Part shown: in pieces, positions 24,076 to 37,200 of the stretch | How positions within the stretch are numbered: the first letter of the stretch is position 1 | Layout of the letters: each line of letters begins with the position of its first letter | DNA from: Selaginella moellendorffii | Taxonomy: Eukaryota > Plantae > Lycopodiophyta | Direction: 5' to 3' | DNA: 64,000 bases | NCBI RefSeq assembly: GCF_000143415.4 | Contig: NW_003314302.1 | Location: forward strand, 830,736-894,735 | Notes under the pieces: generated by a model | Told to the model about the DNA's origin: nothing | Databases searched by the model: none | The model's input: the letters and a program-made list of their open reading frames with translations, nothing else | Program-made: the position numbers and the translations under genes

Positions 24076-26742
24076 TGTTGCTTTAAGCCCTAGAGAAAGA
24101 AACCAAGCTAAATAGCAAGGGCTTTCAAGAGTGGATAGAACACAGTGCAGCTTTTGATTTTTATTTTCTAGCAAATTCTAGGCAGTCTCGAGGTTTGACA
24201 ATGAAAAGCCTGATCAATCGTGCCTACTAACCGTTCCAAGTTCGACTTTATGTATTATACGCTTTGTCTGAAGACCATAACAACTTACATTTACATGCAT
24301 GGCAAGATTGAAGTTATGTAGTTGTTGCGGCAGGCGTCAACTCTATCAAACTTTGAGCAGCACATGGCTTTGATCCTAAATATTTAAATAGTTTGAATAT
24401 TTTTTCAAAATAAATGCCATAAAACATTATTAGGAAAATTTGCAGAATATATTAGTAAATTACAGTCATTTTGAATAGTAAATAATGTTGGTAATTCACA
24501 ATAATTATCTTTATGGCAATTAGTATTAGTAGCTCAGATGGATTCTTTATTATCATATAAAACCAGATTACCATCAAGTTGTAAGACTAGAAAGCAATTT
24601 TGAAAACATTTTCATAAGACTTTTAGTTTTCCAAATTAAAGTATTTTCTGAATATAATACAAGGCTACAAGTAGAATCCAATAGCAAAGATTTTTACCAT
24701 TTGGAAATATCAAAAAGTTAACTTAAAACCAAAAAATCAAAGTATTAGTTTTAAGATTGCAGTAAAAATCATCAAACTAGAAGTTATAATATAATTATTT
24801 TTGCAATAAAAGTCCAGGACTGCCTCTGAGTTTAAATTGTATAAAATAATTAACAGAAAAAAAGTCAGATAAATTTTCTTTAAAGAACTAATCCTACCAT
24901 ATAAAAGATTTTCAAAACCTAATTTTAAACTTTCACCATAAACAGTTTCAGGTGTAGATGTAATACTACATTGATACTTTGTTTAATAATGATATCAACG
25001 AATCCATTAGAAGTACATTAATATATTACCATATGTTATCAAGTAAGGTTTTTTATATTTTATTTTAGTTAATACATTTTCACAGATTCTACAATATTAT
25101 CAATATCATGTGGATTTAATATTCCAATTCTTCCAAAAGTTTCATGTTTATTTGGAGCAGTAGTAAATTTTATACTTAAAAAAGTAAATAAAACATAAAA
25201 AGTGATAAATATGGACTATAAGCCATTATAGATATTATTATGAAGGTATTTATCTAACCTAAAAAAATGATTCATGCTTATGTACCATTTCTTGCATATG
25301 AAGATGCCAAGTTTCTATTGGGCTTGGTCTTAATACAGGTACCACACTCTCATACTATCTTAACCTGTTTGGAGAAAGGGGAATTTGGGGACTAATCTGC
25401 ATGCCTGATCAATTTGGATCCTCTTAATGGTTTTGTCGTTATTTATTTAGTAAAATAAAAATAATAATCTGTGATAAAATATTACAGCATTTATAAGTGG
25501 GAGATTGAACATCAAATTTACAGCATGGTACAACATTCCATAGGTGCTAGATATGAGTACTTTGCTGTTGTTGATGGTTTATGGAGAGCTTTATTCTTTC
25601 AATTCAGGCTAAAGCTCTAATGTTTTCAACTACTGGTGAATTGTATACTTTTGGCAAACATGAGCAGCTTGGGTAGGGGTATTCCTGTAGAGTCTTAGAA
25701 GTTGGATAATGCTAAAGAAATTATGTATATTGTGGCAAATGGTTTCATATTAACACAAATTTTTTTGTAGTATTGCTAGCATGATACTATCTTTGTAGGG
25801 GGCATTCCCAAATGTATAATTGGGATAGGATGGCTGATTGCCTTAGAAATTAGACTAATGCCAATTATACCATGTTGCTACTTGTTCTATCATATGTGTT
25901 CCCAAATGTATAACAGGGATAGAATGGGGATTGCCTTTGAAATTAGTCTAATACTAAATAGGTGATGTTTTTGGTTTGCTTAAGCAAACCTGTAGGATGG
26001 TAGTGGATATATTTAGAAATATGCTTAGATATTTTATGATATTCTACCATCTAATGATTGTTATATATTTAGATTAATCTTGTATTTATAATTTATAAAC
26101 ATTTTTATAATATATAAATTTTCATAAACCCTCCTAGTATATTAATTTTTATTCTATAATTTAATGCAATAAAATTAATTTTGCATTTATAAATTACAAA
26201 CATGCTTATAATTATAAACTTTATTTGATCAATTGGATTAATAAGTAAGAATAATACTACTATTAAGAAAACCAAGTGTTACTACATGCAACGTGTAGCA
26301 ACTTATTGTAATTTTGATTCCCAATCTAATTAAATTTATTACAAACCTAAAATACAAGAATAAATTTTATGTATTTATATTTTAATACCTTTCAATTACT
26401 TCCAGAATTAATATATTCATATTTTATAAATAGATACAAATTATGATTCAAAAATTTTAAGTATTTTTAAAACTTTATATGATAGTTTTAAAATCATTAT
26501 TTAAGGTAATTATGTTGGAAAAAGAGCAAACGCTTTTTGGGGAAGACATGACGAGTTTAGCTGTTTGAACACCTTGCAACAAGAGAGCTGCCACATAGGC
26601 AGCAGGGCAGAGTAGACACTTCGTCAATTCTTTAAATTAAAATGCAATTTCACGAGCAAAATCACTGCTTTTCCTTTCGTTCTCTTTTCGAAGTTCCCAT
26701 ATTTTCAACAGTGTTGAGATCCTGAAACCAAAAAGTGATGAA

Positions 26743-28933
26743 TCAAACAGATGATTTGCATTTAGCGTTACCTGTTTTAGGTTCCTCCAGAACTTTTTCT
26801 GCTCTATGCACTCTCTCCCAAGCCTCTCGAGCCTGCAAGATGTTAAAAGTTAGTATCATGACCTCAGTAGCTCTTTTCCTCACTTGTTTTTGCCAGTTTG
26901 TCGAGAGGGTAACGATTGTGAGGAGAGTCGCTTGAGTTGCAATGCCGCAAACTATGCCAATCCACAAACCCTGTAAAGAGAGTCAGAAAACTAAGATGCA
27001 CGAGGAGAAAGTCAGACATACCCTTCCCTTCAGATCGAAGAAGAAAGCCAAAACTGATCCCAATGGTAAACCCACAATATAATATGCTCCAAGGTTTGCA
27101 ACGGCGCCTAAACCTTGCCATCCACAGCCTCTAGCTACACCTGCATACAATCAAAGTTTAGCTAGAGAAAAACTTAAAACAACAAGCGAGGACCTGAAAA
27201 AATCCCTTGAATAGGATCCAGAACACTTATGAGTGTTGTAAGTGGCATTAAGCTTGCTACGTACTTGACGACCTCCTCCTCGTTGCTGAAGGCATATCCC
27301 AAGACGTTCCGCGTCGAGAGCAACAGTGTAGCAACTAGGCAGGAATCCAAAAGTCCAATGCTAATTGTCACACATACTGCAGTCTTTGCGGACACTGGGT
27401 GCCCAGCTCCAAGTTCATTTGACACTCGAGTGCTGCCAAAGGAAAAACTTATAAAATTGCAAAGGAAAAAAAAGCTTTTTGAGTCAATTCTCTTACCTTG
27501 CTGCCGCACTCAGGCCATAAGGAACCATATAGCACAGAGACAATGTGTTTAATCTGCAACAGAACAGATGAGGACCACAAACTCTAGTTTCCCACAAACT
27601 TACATAATCGAGAAAGCTGACGTTTCAAGTTGAGGGTTGGGCAAAATTCCGGAAAGAAGTACGAGAGTTTCGAACGACCAGTACTCAAAGCTGCCAGAAC
27701 ACGAAAAATTCAGCACTGCTTTAAACCATAGAACACTTTCTTACCAGATCATAACCGCCGAAGGTATAGCGAGCCGGAAAAAGCCTCTGAAGTCTTGAAA
27801 AGCCTCCGCCGAGAAAGTGGTCCACGTCTTCTGACATGTCTTCGAGAACTTGACATAGCTCGCCAGTAGTATGGCATTGAGCCAGTTGGAAAAAGTCGCT
27901 GCTATGGCGGCCCCCTTGATACCAAACTCAAGCTTGTAGACAAAAACCCAGCACAGTGGAATGTGGACACACAGCGTGAACAGCGAGCACAACATCATCG
28001 GGATCACGGCACTCTGCGTCTGTAGGAACTTGACAAGCGGCTGGAGAGCCGAGTAGGCAACCAGTCCCGGGATCAACCATCGAGCGTAGATCCCAGCGTT
28101 GTAAGAGATGACCGGATCCTGTCCCAGGGCCTTGAGAAGATGTTCCACGTTGAGCCACACGACGGCAATCGGTACGCATAGGATGAGGAGGACTACAACA
28201 GCTCTTTGTAGATAAATGCCAAGTAAGTGATACTGCCGTGCTCCAAACGCTTGTCCGCAAAGAGTTTCAATACCACTGGCCATGCCCATCTAGACAAAAA
28301 AAGTGTCAACAACAAAACTGTGAGCGACACGCCCTGACACGATAGATACAGATTGAAAGGCTGACTGGGAGGACAAAATAACCAGTCAAGACGATAAACT
28401 AAAGGACAAGGAAGCATATGTGAGCCATACGTACCAGAAAAAAACCCTCAAACATCAAATAGGAAACTCCAACTTACATGTTTCACACGAAGAACACACT
28501 AGGAAGCGAGAATGAAAACGAAAAATCTCTTCGCGATGATGCAAAAGTTATGCGGTTGAAATGCTCTAGCTCTCGAATTTCGCCGAATTTCGACACGTAC
28601 CAGGAAGCTGAAGCCAGTGACAACGCAAAAGGACGTGGCGAGGGAAGCGCTGGCGAGCTGGAGCTCCCCCAAGTGCCCCACGAGCATGACCGACGTGACC
28701 TGGATCAAAAACTGGAGGAGATTGACGCAGATCATCGGCAGCGCAATGTAGCACTGGCGCTTCACCTCCTCCCACAGCACCAATCGGTCCTCCTCCTCGA
28801 GGCAATCCAATGCTCTGCCGCTGTCAGCCTTGCGATCGTCATTCTTGAGCGCCGGCGCCGCCGATCCGGAGCTCTCTGTGCATGGTGTGGATTCCTCGCC
28901 GGGCAGCAGCGCCACGCGAAGATCCGCGGCCAT
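26743..28933 (-). CDS. MATE (DTX) efflux transporter, 8 exons
   Basis: Motifs MLVGHLGELQLASASLA, GMASGIETLCGQAFGARQY, RLAIPSAVMI, STRVSNELGAG, GVARGCG and GLWIG across GT-AG exons. Confidence 0.93.
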
Positions 28934-29151
28934 GACCTAAAATAAGAATTGCGCTAGGCGCCAATTCCACCGCCTTCTCTCGAGCTTAGAACCCTACAAT
29001 TCCAATGCCCAAGAGTGGCATTATTAGAATTTCCAAAGGAGCAAAGAATTAGCGAGCACATACCCCTGTCAATATCACTAATCGGAGTTCCTGCCATACA
29101 CGAGTTCTTCCTTCCTTTCGTCCTTTTGTCTGGATCCTTTAAAGTAGTTGT

Positions 29152-29224
29152 CGCGGTGGACAGGGTTCGAACCTATGACTTTCTGCTCTGGAAACAGATG
29201 CTCTATCCACTGAACTATAAGCTC
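29152..29224 (-). pseudogene. tRNA pseudogene: Arg-type scaffold with a CCA anticodon
   Basis: GAGCTTATAGTTCAGTGGATAGAGCATCTGTTTCCAGAGCAGAAAGTCATAGGTTCGAACCCTGTCCACCGCG. D, anticodon and T arms fold; the acceptor stem is mostly unpaired. Confidence 0.75.
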
Positions 29225-30340
29225 TTAGAATTTACTAGATATTTACTAATAAGTATAATTAATTTTATTAGGGAATGCCGCGTCAATCTCAATGGAATTT
29301 TCCAGCTCCAGCTCTTGGCCAGTCAAGAGAAGCATCTGGATTGTGTTCTGTGCGACCACGCATTTGGAGTGCTGTGGTTTTCTCGTCGTCGCGATTCCAG
29401 TGGTATCAACATGTCTTTCCTCTTCAGATATACTACACAGCTCTTCGCATTTTCCAGTTCCAGAGTTTTCTTCCGATGTTTTCTTGTGCTGGTCAGTGAC
29501 TGAGAAAACATTGTACCGTCGCACCTCCCGCCCAAGCCCATGGTTTTTTACTCCTTGCCTTTCTTATGCTGCTCCCACCACTGGAATATTTGATATCTCT
29601 CTCGACCATCCAGGCGATCCCTAAACCTCAATGGATTCTTGCCGACCTCCAACACACATCCATGAATCTTGTCACGTATGTTGAATCGCCGGACGAAGGG
29701 GGAGCGGCGAGTGAACGCAAAAGTTCCATGAGAACCGCTGAACTTTGGTGGAACAGCACTGACGACGAGTGTTTCCATTCCTGACCGGAATGGGGCACTG
29801 CTCTTTCATCGATGCCTGCCACAGAGTGTTATCCATGGAGGCTTTCGAGCAAGGTAGCGCGTTCAGGTAAGTTTTCTTTTTAACTTTGTTCGTTCTTAAC
29901 TCTACATTGTTCCCAGCTTGGAATGGTGGTCGTTAATTGAGTCACTCGGTGTCCCAAGCTTGAGATCTCCGTCTTCAGTAAAACAATTTTCGTTCCTATG
30001 ACCAGTGTCAGCTCTAAGCGTTCGCGACACGGTTTCTTCCTTATGGTATCAAAGTAAGCGCTTACTCTTTACGATTTTTTTTTTTTTTTTTAAATAAAAT
30101 TTCTAGCTCAAACAATCAAGGTTGTGAGAGGAAGTGAGATGCTTGCAAACCAGCTTACAAGTGTTGAAAATTCTGATTGTACAGGGACAAGCAGTCCAAT
30201 TTAAGGTACAAGCCAAATATGTTTTCAAGCCAAATGTACCAAGCAATCACACCAGAGTCTTGGTGCTCGCATATCCAAAAGCAAATTCTCTCCTTTATAT
30301 CCGCAGTTCTCCTTAAGTAAATCTCAGGAGGACTCATGCA

Positions 30341-31360
30341 ATGAGACGAGGCAACTGTATGGCATTTTCTCGTTTCATGCTCTTGCTAATACTTCTCTCC
30401 CTCTGTGCTCTTCCCGAGTTGTATAACGCTGCGGATTTTACTCGTCAGCGCCCCAATTCCATAACACCGGGGATCCGAATGTTCTTGTTCAAGGAAATCG
30501 TCAAGCTGATTGATGGCATACCAAGGCATCTATCTTACTACAAAGAGATGGGATTTATAACGATGCATCTCCCCACCGGAGATGGTAGGCTCGCAGAGGT
30601 TGCCATCCTCTGGGGAGAGCTGGAGAGGCCTTGGTACAAAGAAATTATGTGCAGTATATTTCCCACAGTGGGAATCCAGGCTCCAGCAGTTGCCCTGCAA
30701 AGAAATTTCAGGAAGCTCCTCGCTATCATGATGCATGATATTGCGAATCATCTTCATGGCAGTGTTGAGGTCATCCAGGGAAGATACACTATGAGCTACA
30801 CAGTTGCTGAAAAGAATAATAACGTAGACACGGTTTCAACAGGATTGGGCGATCCAAAAACTGCGTCTAGTAACAACATTACCAATGTTTATAATATTAA
30901 TCAGTTCCAACATGATCCGGATTGGGGATTTTATAATGCTCCAAACTGTGATATCTACAAGACATGCCGGCGATCAGCTCCTCATGGATTCCACCAGGGT
31001 GTGCTGAGGATTGGAGAGGTGTTGGTCTCAACCAATGGGGAATATTTTGCCAAGATCCAAAACGATTGCAACTTTGTGGTTTACAAAGGCGATGCTATGA
31101 AGGATGATACGAGTCATCCAGTCTGGGATAGTGGCACGGTTGGAGCTGGAGCTGGATGTTTTGTTCGCTTGCAAATGGATGGCAACCTTGTTTTGTATGA
31201 TCAGAACTTTAAGGTGATATGGACATACGGCTTCTATTGTAAGAGGCCTTGTTGGTTGGCACTGGCCTTGTGCTTGCAAAACAATGGTCTTCTTACAGTG
31301 GAAAATACTGATGGGGAAAGAATGACCTTATGGTTCAGCAAGCCTGGATTTCACCATTGA
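30341..31360 (+). CDS. Secreted protein with an unknown N-terminal domain and a C-terminal bulb-type (GNA) mannose-binding lectin
   Basis: Intronless 339 aa ORF with signal peptide. B-lectin repeats QNDCNFVVY and QMDGNLVLY (QxDxNxVxY), plus VWDSGT. Confidence 0.85.
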   Translation: MRRGNCMAFSRFMLLLILLSLCALPELYNAADFTRQRPNSITPGIRMFLFKEIVKLIDGIPRHLSYYKEMGFITMHLPTGDGRLAEVAILWGELERPWYKEIMCSIFPTVGIQAPAVALQRNFRKLLAIMMHDIANHLHGSVEVIQGRYTMSYTVAEKNNNVDTVSTGLGDPKTASSNNITNVYNINQFQHDPDWGFYNAPNCDIYKTCRRSAPHGFHQGVLRIGEVLVSTNGEYFAKIQNDCNFVVYKGDAMKDDTSHPVWDSGTVGAGAGCFVRLQMDGNLVLYDQNFKVIWTYGFYCKRPCWLALALCLQNNGLLTVENTDGERMTLWFSKPGFHH

Positions 31361-32600
31361 CATAGCAGATGTTGTAGCAGTTAACTTAAATTTTGCAATT
31401 TTAAAACTTTATCACTGATACTAATTTCTGCTAGACCGAGCCTAAAAGTGTTTGCTAAATCAAAATCTACTGGCTTTTCATATATACGAGACTAGAATGT
31501 GGAGCAGCAAGGGCGACGAGTGTTTCCAACTGGATGGAGAGTGATTCATCGAGCAAGTTTTCGATTTTTCTGAAGTTGGTAGTGCATTCTTCTGGTAAGT
31601 TTTCTTTCGTTTTTAATTTCCTACATTGTGCCAGCTGATCGTTTGAGTTTCTTTGGGGGCTTTCAACTCCCAAGCTCAAGAGATCTCTGTCTTCACTAAA
31701 CATTGTTTTTTTCCTGTCGCCAGGCTCAACTCTAAATATCATTACTTTTCGGTTATATAGTATCAGTGTAACATCAAGTCTCTGCCAACTATGATTGGAG
31801 CTTCCACGAGAAATAAATCTTTCCTCAGTAATTCTTACTGTAAGAATACCATTATGTTACAAGCAAGGCCAGTCCCAATCAGCAAGGCCTCCTACAATAG
31901 AAGCTGTACAACCGGATCGTGTAATTCTCTTGAAACTTTATTTTCAGTAATGATTTAACTTAGTGTATCTTCCCGCTAGCGTGAAATTTCTTTGCAGCCC
32001 AAATTCTCTCCACATAGGATGGCAACCCCATGGCTTTATAGTAAGATAGATCCTAGGCAATGTTGTCAATCAACTTGGATGCTCACGAGTAAAGTCCGTG
32101 GCATTACAGAACTCGAGAGAACGAGCGCCAAAACTCTGGTGTGAATTGTTTGGTACATTTGGTGCAGAGGACTACGCAAAGCAAGCATGTAACTTCTACA
32201 ATGAAAACATTTCAAAATAGTGGGTCTGCATCGGGTCTGTCCTGTATAATCCTGTTTTAACTTACCTCATTTATTCGAACATCTTTGCCTTGGCATTAAT
32301 TAAATTCCTTTACTAAGGATCCCACCTATCTTACCAACTCTAGCTTGATCAATACTTAGGTCCAGCTATTTATTATATAACCAACAAGGTTTTACTCCAC
32401 ATATTCTCAAACTTTCTCTCCATCCCTCTCCTTATGTTAGATTGAACTTAAAAAAATTTAATCCAAATATAAATAATAAATGGTAAATATACTTATCTGT
32501 AGTTTTAAGTTTACAAATAAGTTCATGTAATTATATCAAATTTATTTGGAGTTTGATTGTATCAAAAGGTATAAAATATCTTGATTAAAATTAATCGCGA

Positions 32601-33905
32601 CTACCAGAAATGCGATGAATCGATCTTCTTGCTGCAGCAAAAGCAAAAGCCCACCGTCGTAAACGGGACGCTGGAAATCCTCCTCCACCTGGGCGATCCC
32701 TCGGAGAAGTCACACACCCCCGCCAGCGCCGAGTCCTCGCAGTAGCCCACAACGTAGAGCAAATCCCCGGCCGTGGCACACGCCAGCTGAAAGAAGCCCA
32801 GCCGCGATCCAAAGCTCAGCGGGCACAGCTCGCTCGTCGCCGTCACCTCCACCCACGCATCCCTCTTCCTCTCCAAAAACTTGTAAACCCGGATGCACAG
32901 CCGGTCCGACTCGCACGACGCCGCCACCAAGTGAAGATAGCCGTGAAACTCCACGATCACCGCGTCCTCGGCCCGCTCAAACGGGAACATACTGTACTCC
33001 TCCCAGAACCCCTCTGCGGCGTCGAATCCCAGCAGCACGATCCGGTACTCGACCTGCTCAAACCCATACGGATCCACCCCCGCGTCGATCTCGTCCTCCA
33101 CCAGCACGAAGAACTTCTCGTCCCGGACCGAGCACGCGTACTTGGAGTCCCTCGAGTCGCGCAGCTTTGGATGCCCCTCGCCAACCTCCTCCCAGTCGCA
33201 GTCGGTCGGGCAGTAGAGCCGCGTCCCCCAGCCGTCGCAGCTCGAGGCCACCAGCAAGTGGTGGCACCGCGAGTGGGACGCATCGTCGCCCAGGAACGTC
33301 CACACCACCGGCGTCACCGGCTCGCGGGAGCGCGGGTATCCCGAGTAGGCCACCGTTCGCTTCCTCCTCGTGATCGGGCTAAACACGTCGATCAACAGGT
33401 CCCTGCACGGCTCCTGCATCACGTAAACCAGCCCGCCGGTGCTCGAGACCACCGTCCAGCGAGGTCCCGAGTGGTTCTTCACCAGGAAGTCGAGAGGGAC
33501 GCTGTACCACCTATCCGTTTCCGGGTCGTAGGCATGGAGGTCGTCCTTCACTGTGTCGTCCAGTGTCGTGGAGACGAACAGCCACGGAGGTTGCGACGAC
33601 ACTGCCTGCTCGAAGTGAGGGGACTCGATCAGCTTCTGCCAGCGCTTGCACACTGTTCTAGCCCGGACCACCCCTGCCCACGGTAGCCGCTCGAAAACAC
33701 GTACCCAGACATCGTCGGGAACATATGATTGACAAGCCATTGACGACGAGCTAGCGACTTCTTCTTCTTTGAAGACTTCACCATACTCGAGCTCTCTGGC
33801 AGCACTTGTCCCTGTCCCTGTATCTACTCCTTGTCCTGTTTTTTCCACTTCCACTCGAGCTATTTCCTCGAGACTGGAAGTAGTTCTCTCGGCCAAGTCT
33901 GCCAT
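32601..33905 (-). CDS. F-box protein with a kelch-like/beta-propeller C-terminus, intronless
   Basis: F-box VPDDVWVRVFERLPWAGVVRARTVCKRWQKLI, followed by AYDPETDRW...LDFL and VSSTGGLV. Confidence 0.88.
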   Translation of the reverse strand: MADLAERTTSSLEEIARVEVEKTGQGVDTGTGTSAARELEYGEVFKEEEVASSSSMACQSYVPDDVWVRVFERLPWAGVVRARTVCKRWQKLIESPHFEQAVSSQPPWLFVSTTLDDTVKDDLHAYDPETDRWYSVPLDFLVKNHSGPRWTVVSSTGGLVYVMQEPCRDLLIDVFSPITRRKRTVAYSGYPRSREPVTPVVWTFLGDDASHSRCHHLLVASSCDGWGTRLYCPTDCDWEEVGEGHPKLRDSRDSKYACSVRDEKFFVLVEDEIDAGVDPYGFEQVEYRIVLLGFDAAEGFWEEYSMFPFERAEDAVIVEFHGYLHLVAASCESDRLCIRVYKFLERKRDAWVEVTATSELCPLSFGSRLGFFQLACATAGDLLYVVGYCEDSALAGVCDFSEGSPRWRRISSVPFTTVGFCFCCSKKIDSSHFW

Positions 33906-34254
33906 TGTTTCTCCTGTCCCTATGTACACTTGGAACTTCAGTCCACACTAGTATACAAGTGCGTCTCTTCGTAGCGGAGAGGCACCAGTCAACCAACGGT
34001 CCAGATCTATAGCTACAAATTAAAAAGAAACCTGGAAAGTACAGTAAAAAATCAGCAGCCAGCAGAACTGTACCTGCCATGGCTGCTCCTGTGATGTTTA
34101 GAGCTATATGAAGCAGTAAGAAGCCTGCGAGCAAACTGATGTTTAGCATTCTACTATTAGAGGCTCAGAAGTACCTGAGAGTTTCTCTTTTCGGAAGCAT
34201 CAGGAGTGCCGCAAATTCAAGCTGGACCTCTGAGCGCGAAGAAGATAGTTTACA

Positions 34255-37200
34255 TTACACCAGTTCCGCGTAAAGCCTCTGGAGGAACCGCTGCTCCATG
34301 GCAGCAATGTGCGCCTGCCTTATTGAGGCTGGATTATGCACATTCAGAGCAGGCTGTTGGAGCAAGCTTATAAGGGTGTTAACGCGTGCTCGGTCACCTG
34401 CCTTTGCGTGCATGTGAACGAGCAGCTCCAGTATTGGTATCTAGAAGTAGAAAAACAACATGTCATTCATCTTGTGACTACATGCGAAGAGAAACATAGA
34501 AACATACTCACCTCCCATACACAGTCGAAGTACAATGCAGCGTCCTGATCGACAATGAGCGGATTCGCCTGTAAAATCTGGAAGGCAGACTCATAGTCTG
34601 GATCAGGAAGACACTGACAAAGAATGGCAGCCTGTAACTGTGCACCAATTTCCTTGCACGCAGCAATCATTCTTGTTATCTGATCAAGCATTAGCATCAG
34701 AAAAAACTGTATAGCACGCACAACAGGCGGCAAAAATAATGCAAAAATGTCAGCCAGAAATAGCACTTACCACCCAAGGAGTAAAGAATTCACGGGCCAT
34801 GGATGCCACCCGATCGCAATAGAAGCTACTCCGAACAGCGCCGGCCTACAAAAGCGCACAGTCATCGTTTGGAAGCTCAGCAAACAACTGGAGCACTAGC
34901 AACACAAAAAGGAAAAAATTAACATGCCTGCATTCACCACAGCCTTCCAGGAGACAATCCAGAGCCTTCAGAAGCGAGCAAGCTAATGACAAGAAAAAAG
35001 ATTCCTGTGATGGAAACCACCATTGGAAAAAAGTACCGTCAAAACTTTTTTCTCCCAAGCCGCCCTCTCGCTGCTTAAAAGATTTAGAAAAATAAAATAT
35101 GGATGCATGCACACTGAACTCAAGCACAGCCACCCTACGTAAATGCAGAGAGAGTAGAATACGCACCTCTAGATAGAATTGTAGAGAGCTCAGGTACGCA
35201 TGATCCACAAATGCGAGATCCGCAAGACCAAGTAGCCATCGAGAGCCCCGGGAGTCGTGCCTTGCGCCTTTCGAAAGTTCCAGCAGCCGTTGTAGCAACG
35301 AATGAAACATCTCTCCCCAGTCGCCAGATGTCCTGAGAGCTTGACTTTTGGAGTCCGCAGCAGCGCTAGCCATACGAGCCAAGGCGCCATACCTTGCCAA
35401 TTCTACCGGCGGTGCTGCGTGCCATCTGTTTATCCAGCCTGCTAGGAGATTTTCCACAACCTCCAAAACTCGAACACTGGAGAGTTTGGAGACGACTGGC
35501 AGCACCTTCATCCCCGGAAGTAAACACCCATCTTTCGTGCTGAAAGACAAAGTCATCAACTCCTCGAACTTCCGAAGGATCTCGTCTTCCCGCGCATGCG
35601 TTTGGCCAAGGCACATAGGCATCAGAACGCCAAGGATTGCTGCTTCCCTGAACACTGAGGCAACGTCCTTGTGATCCATAAACTGCCTCCGTTGAGCCCA
35701 GCTACAAAGCTCCAGCACTAGAGACCATCGTTCCTCATCAGCAATCCGCACCACAATGTACACTACGGCGTCACTGCTGAGATATCCTTCGGCCCTTTCA
35801 GGTAAGGCCACTCCAAGACTATCACCGCCACCACCTGTCCTATCTACAAACCATAGGAAGAGCTCACTGTCGATTGCCTCGGGATAAATGCGCTTGGCCA
35901 GATCATACAGTTGCCTAGCCAGATTGTAATCCTTTCCTCTGTCCAGAGCATCGAAGGCCCTTAGCTGCACTGCTTTCGCTATACTTTCAGCTGACATTTC
36001 AAATGTTGGCGAAGTAGCGTGCTCGACCGAAGCTAAATTACCACCCTGTAGAATGTCTAGAAGAATCAACCCACTTTTTACAGCTTCCCCTTTGTCAGGT
36101 GGAGAGACCGTTTCCCCTTCTTTGCTGTCTGACATGAATTCCGGGGAGACCAACTTTTTCTTGCAAGCCAGCTTCCAGCACCAAGACTCCTCGAGGGTGC
36201 AACAAAAGTAGACGGTGAACTGCTGCAATCGTGGTAGCAATTGGAGGTCTTCATCTCCACCTGAATCCCTGACCTCCGAACTGACGTTGGACACAAGCTG
36301 CATCAAGAACTGTACAGCCTCCTTGTTATCCTGGAACTGTTCACTAAAGCGCTGCAACGAATCGAAAGAAGCTCCTTCAATCACCCTTCGCAGAATGTTG
36401 CACGCAGCAACTTTACAACGGACTGATGCAGGCAGTGTGAAGTCTTTTTCCAGAGAGAGGCAGTATTCCCAAGGCAAGCGATGGGCTAAGACATCATCAG
36501 CCAGAACTTTCACCAGACCTTTATCTTCAACAGCATCCTGTCCCAGCTTCGCTCGGTAACCATTCGAAACCTGTTTCGTATGATCCTGGCCGCTCTCAAA
36601 ACTAATACCGTTCTGCTTGACTCTATGATCCACCTTCTTATGAGGACTTTCCTCGTTCACCCCATTGCAATGATCGGAAAGCACGGTTTGATTCTTTCTT
36701 TTACTCGAAACCCGGCTCCTTTCGCAAATGAGAACGGCTTCCACTTCGTCTCGTTCTGTCTGGTGCTGCACTGCTCCTGAACTAGCCACGGCTCTACAAG
36801 CAACTATAAACCCATGAAGCCGGTCTTCAGGGACAGGGGACGACTCGTAACCATCTGCTAGAGAGGCACACTTGCTAAACAGGTCGTGTGCTTTTTTTAT
36901 CCTTCCCCGCATGAAGTGTGATTCTGCAACGTCGAACAAGATCTGGCACAGACCATCCTCCTGCAGCCCATCCATCACAACCCCGTTTGGCACCGCCTTC
37001 CCCACCTTTTTCTTTGTCCTGTCAACCTTATCAACCTTGTCCCCCACGGAAGCCAGAACATCCTCCAAGAACCTGACCGAGGGGCCCTCCTGTTCCGATT
37101 CTCCGCTTACCGGCAACAATCCATCTTGAAAAATCTCTGCAGGCTCACCTGTGGCTGCATCACGAGCACGAACTGCCGGGCTCGCCATGGAAAGCCTCAA

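Noticed and set aside
25300-25740. RCC1-like words (TGELYTFGKHEQLG) in AT-rich DNA
   Set aside because: Single weak motif among stop codons; may be chance or a very old relic.
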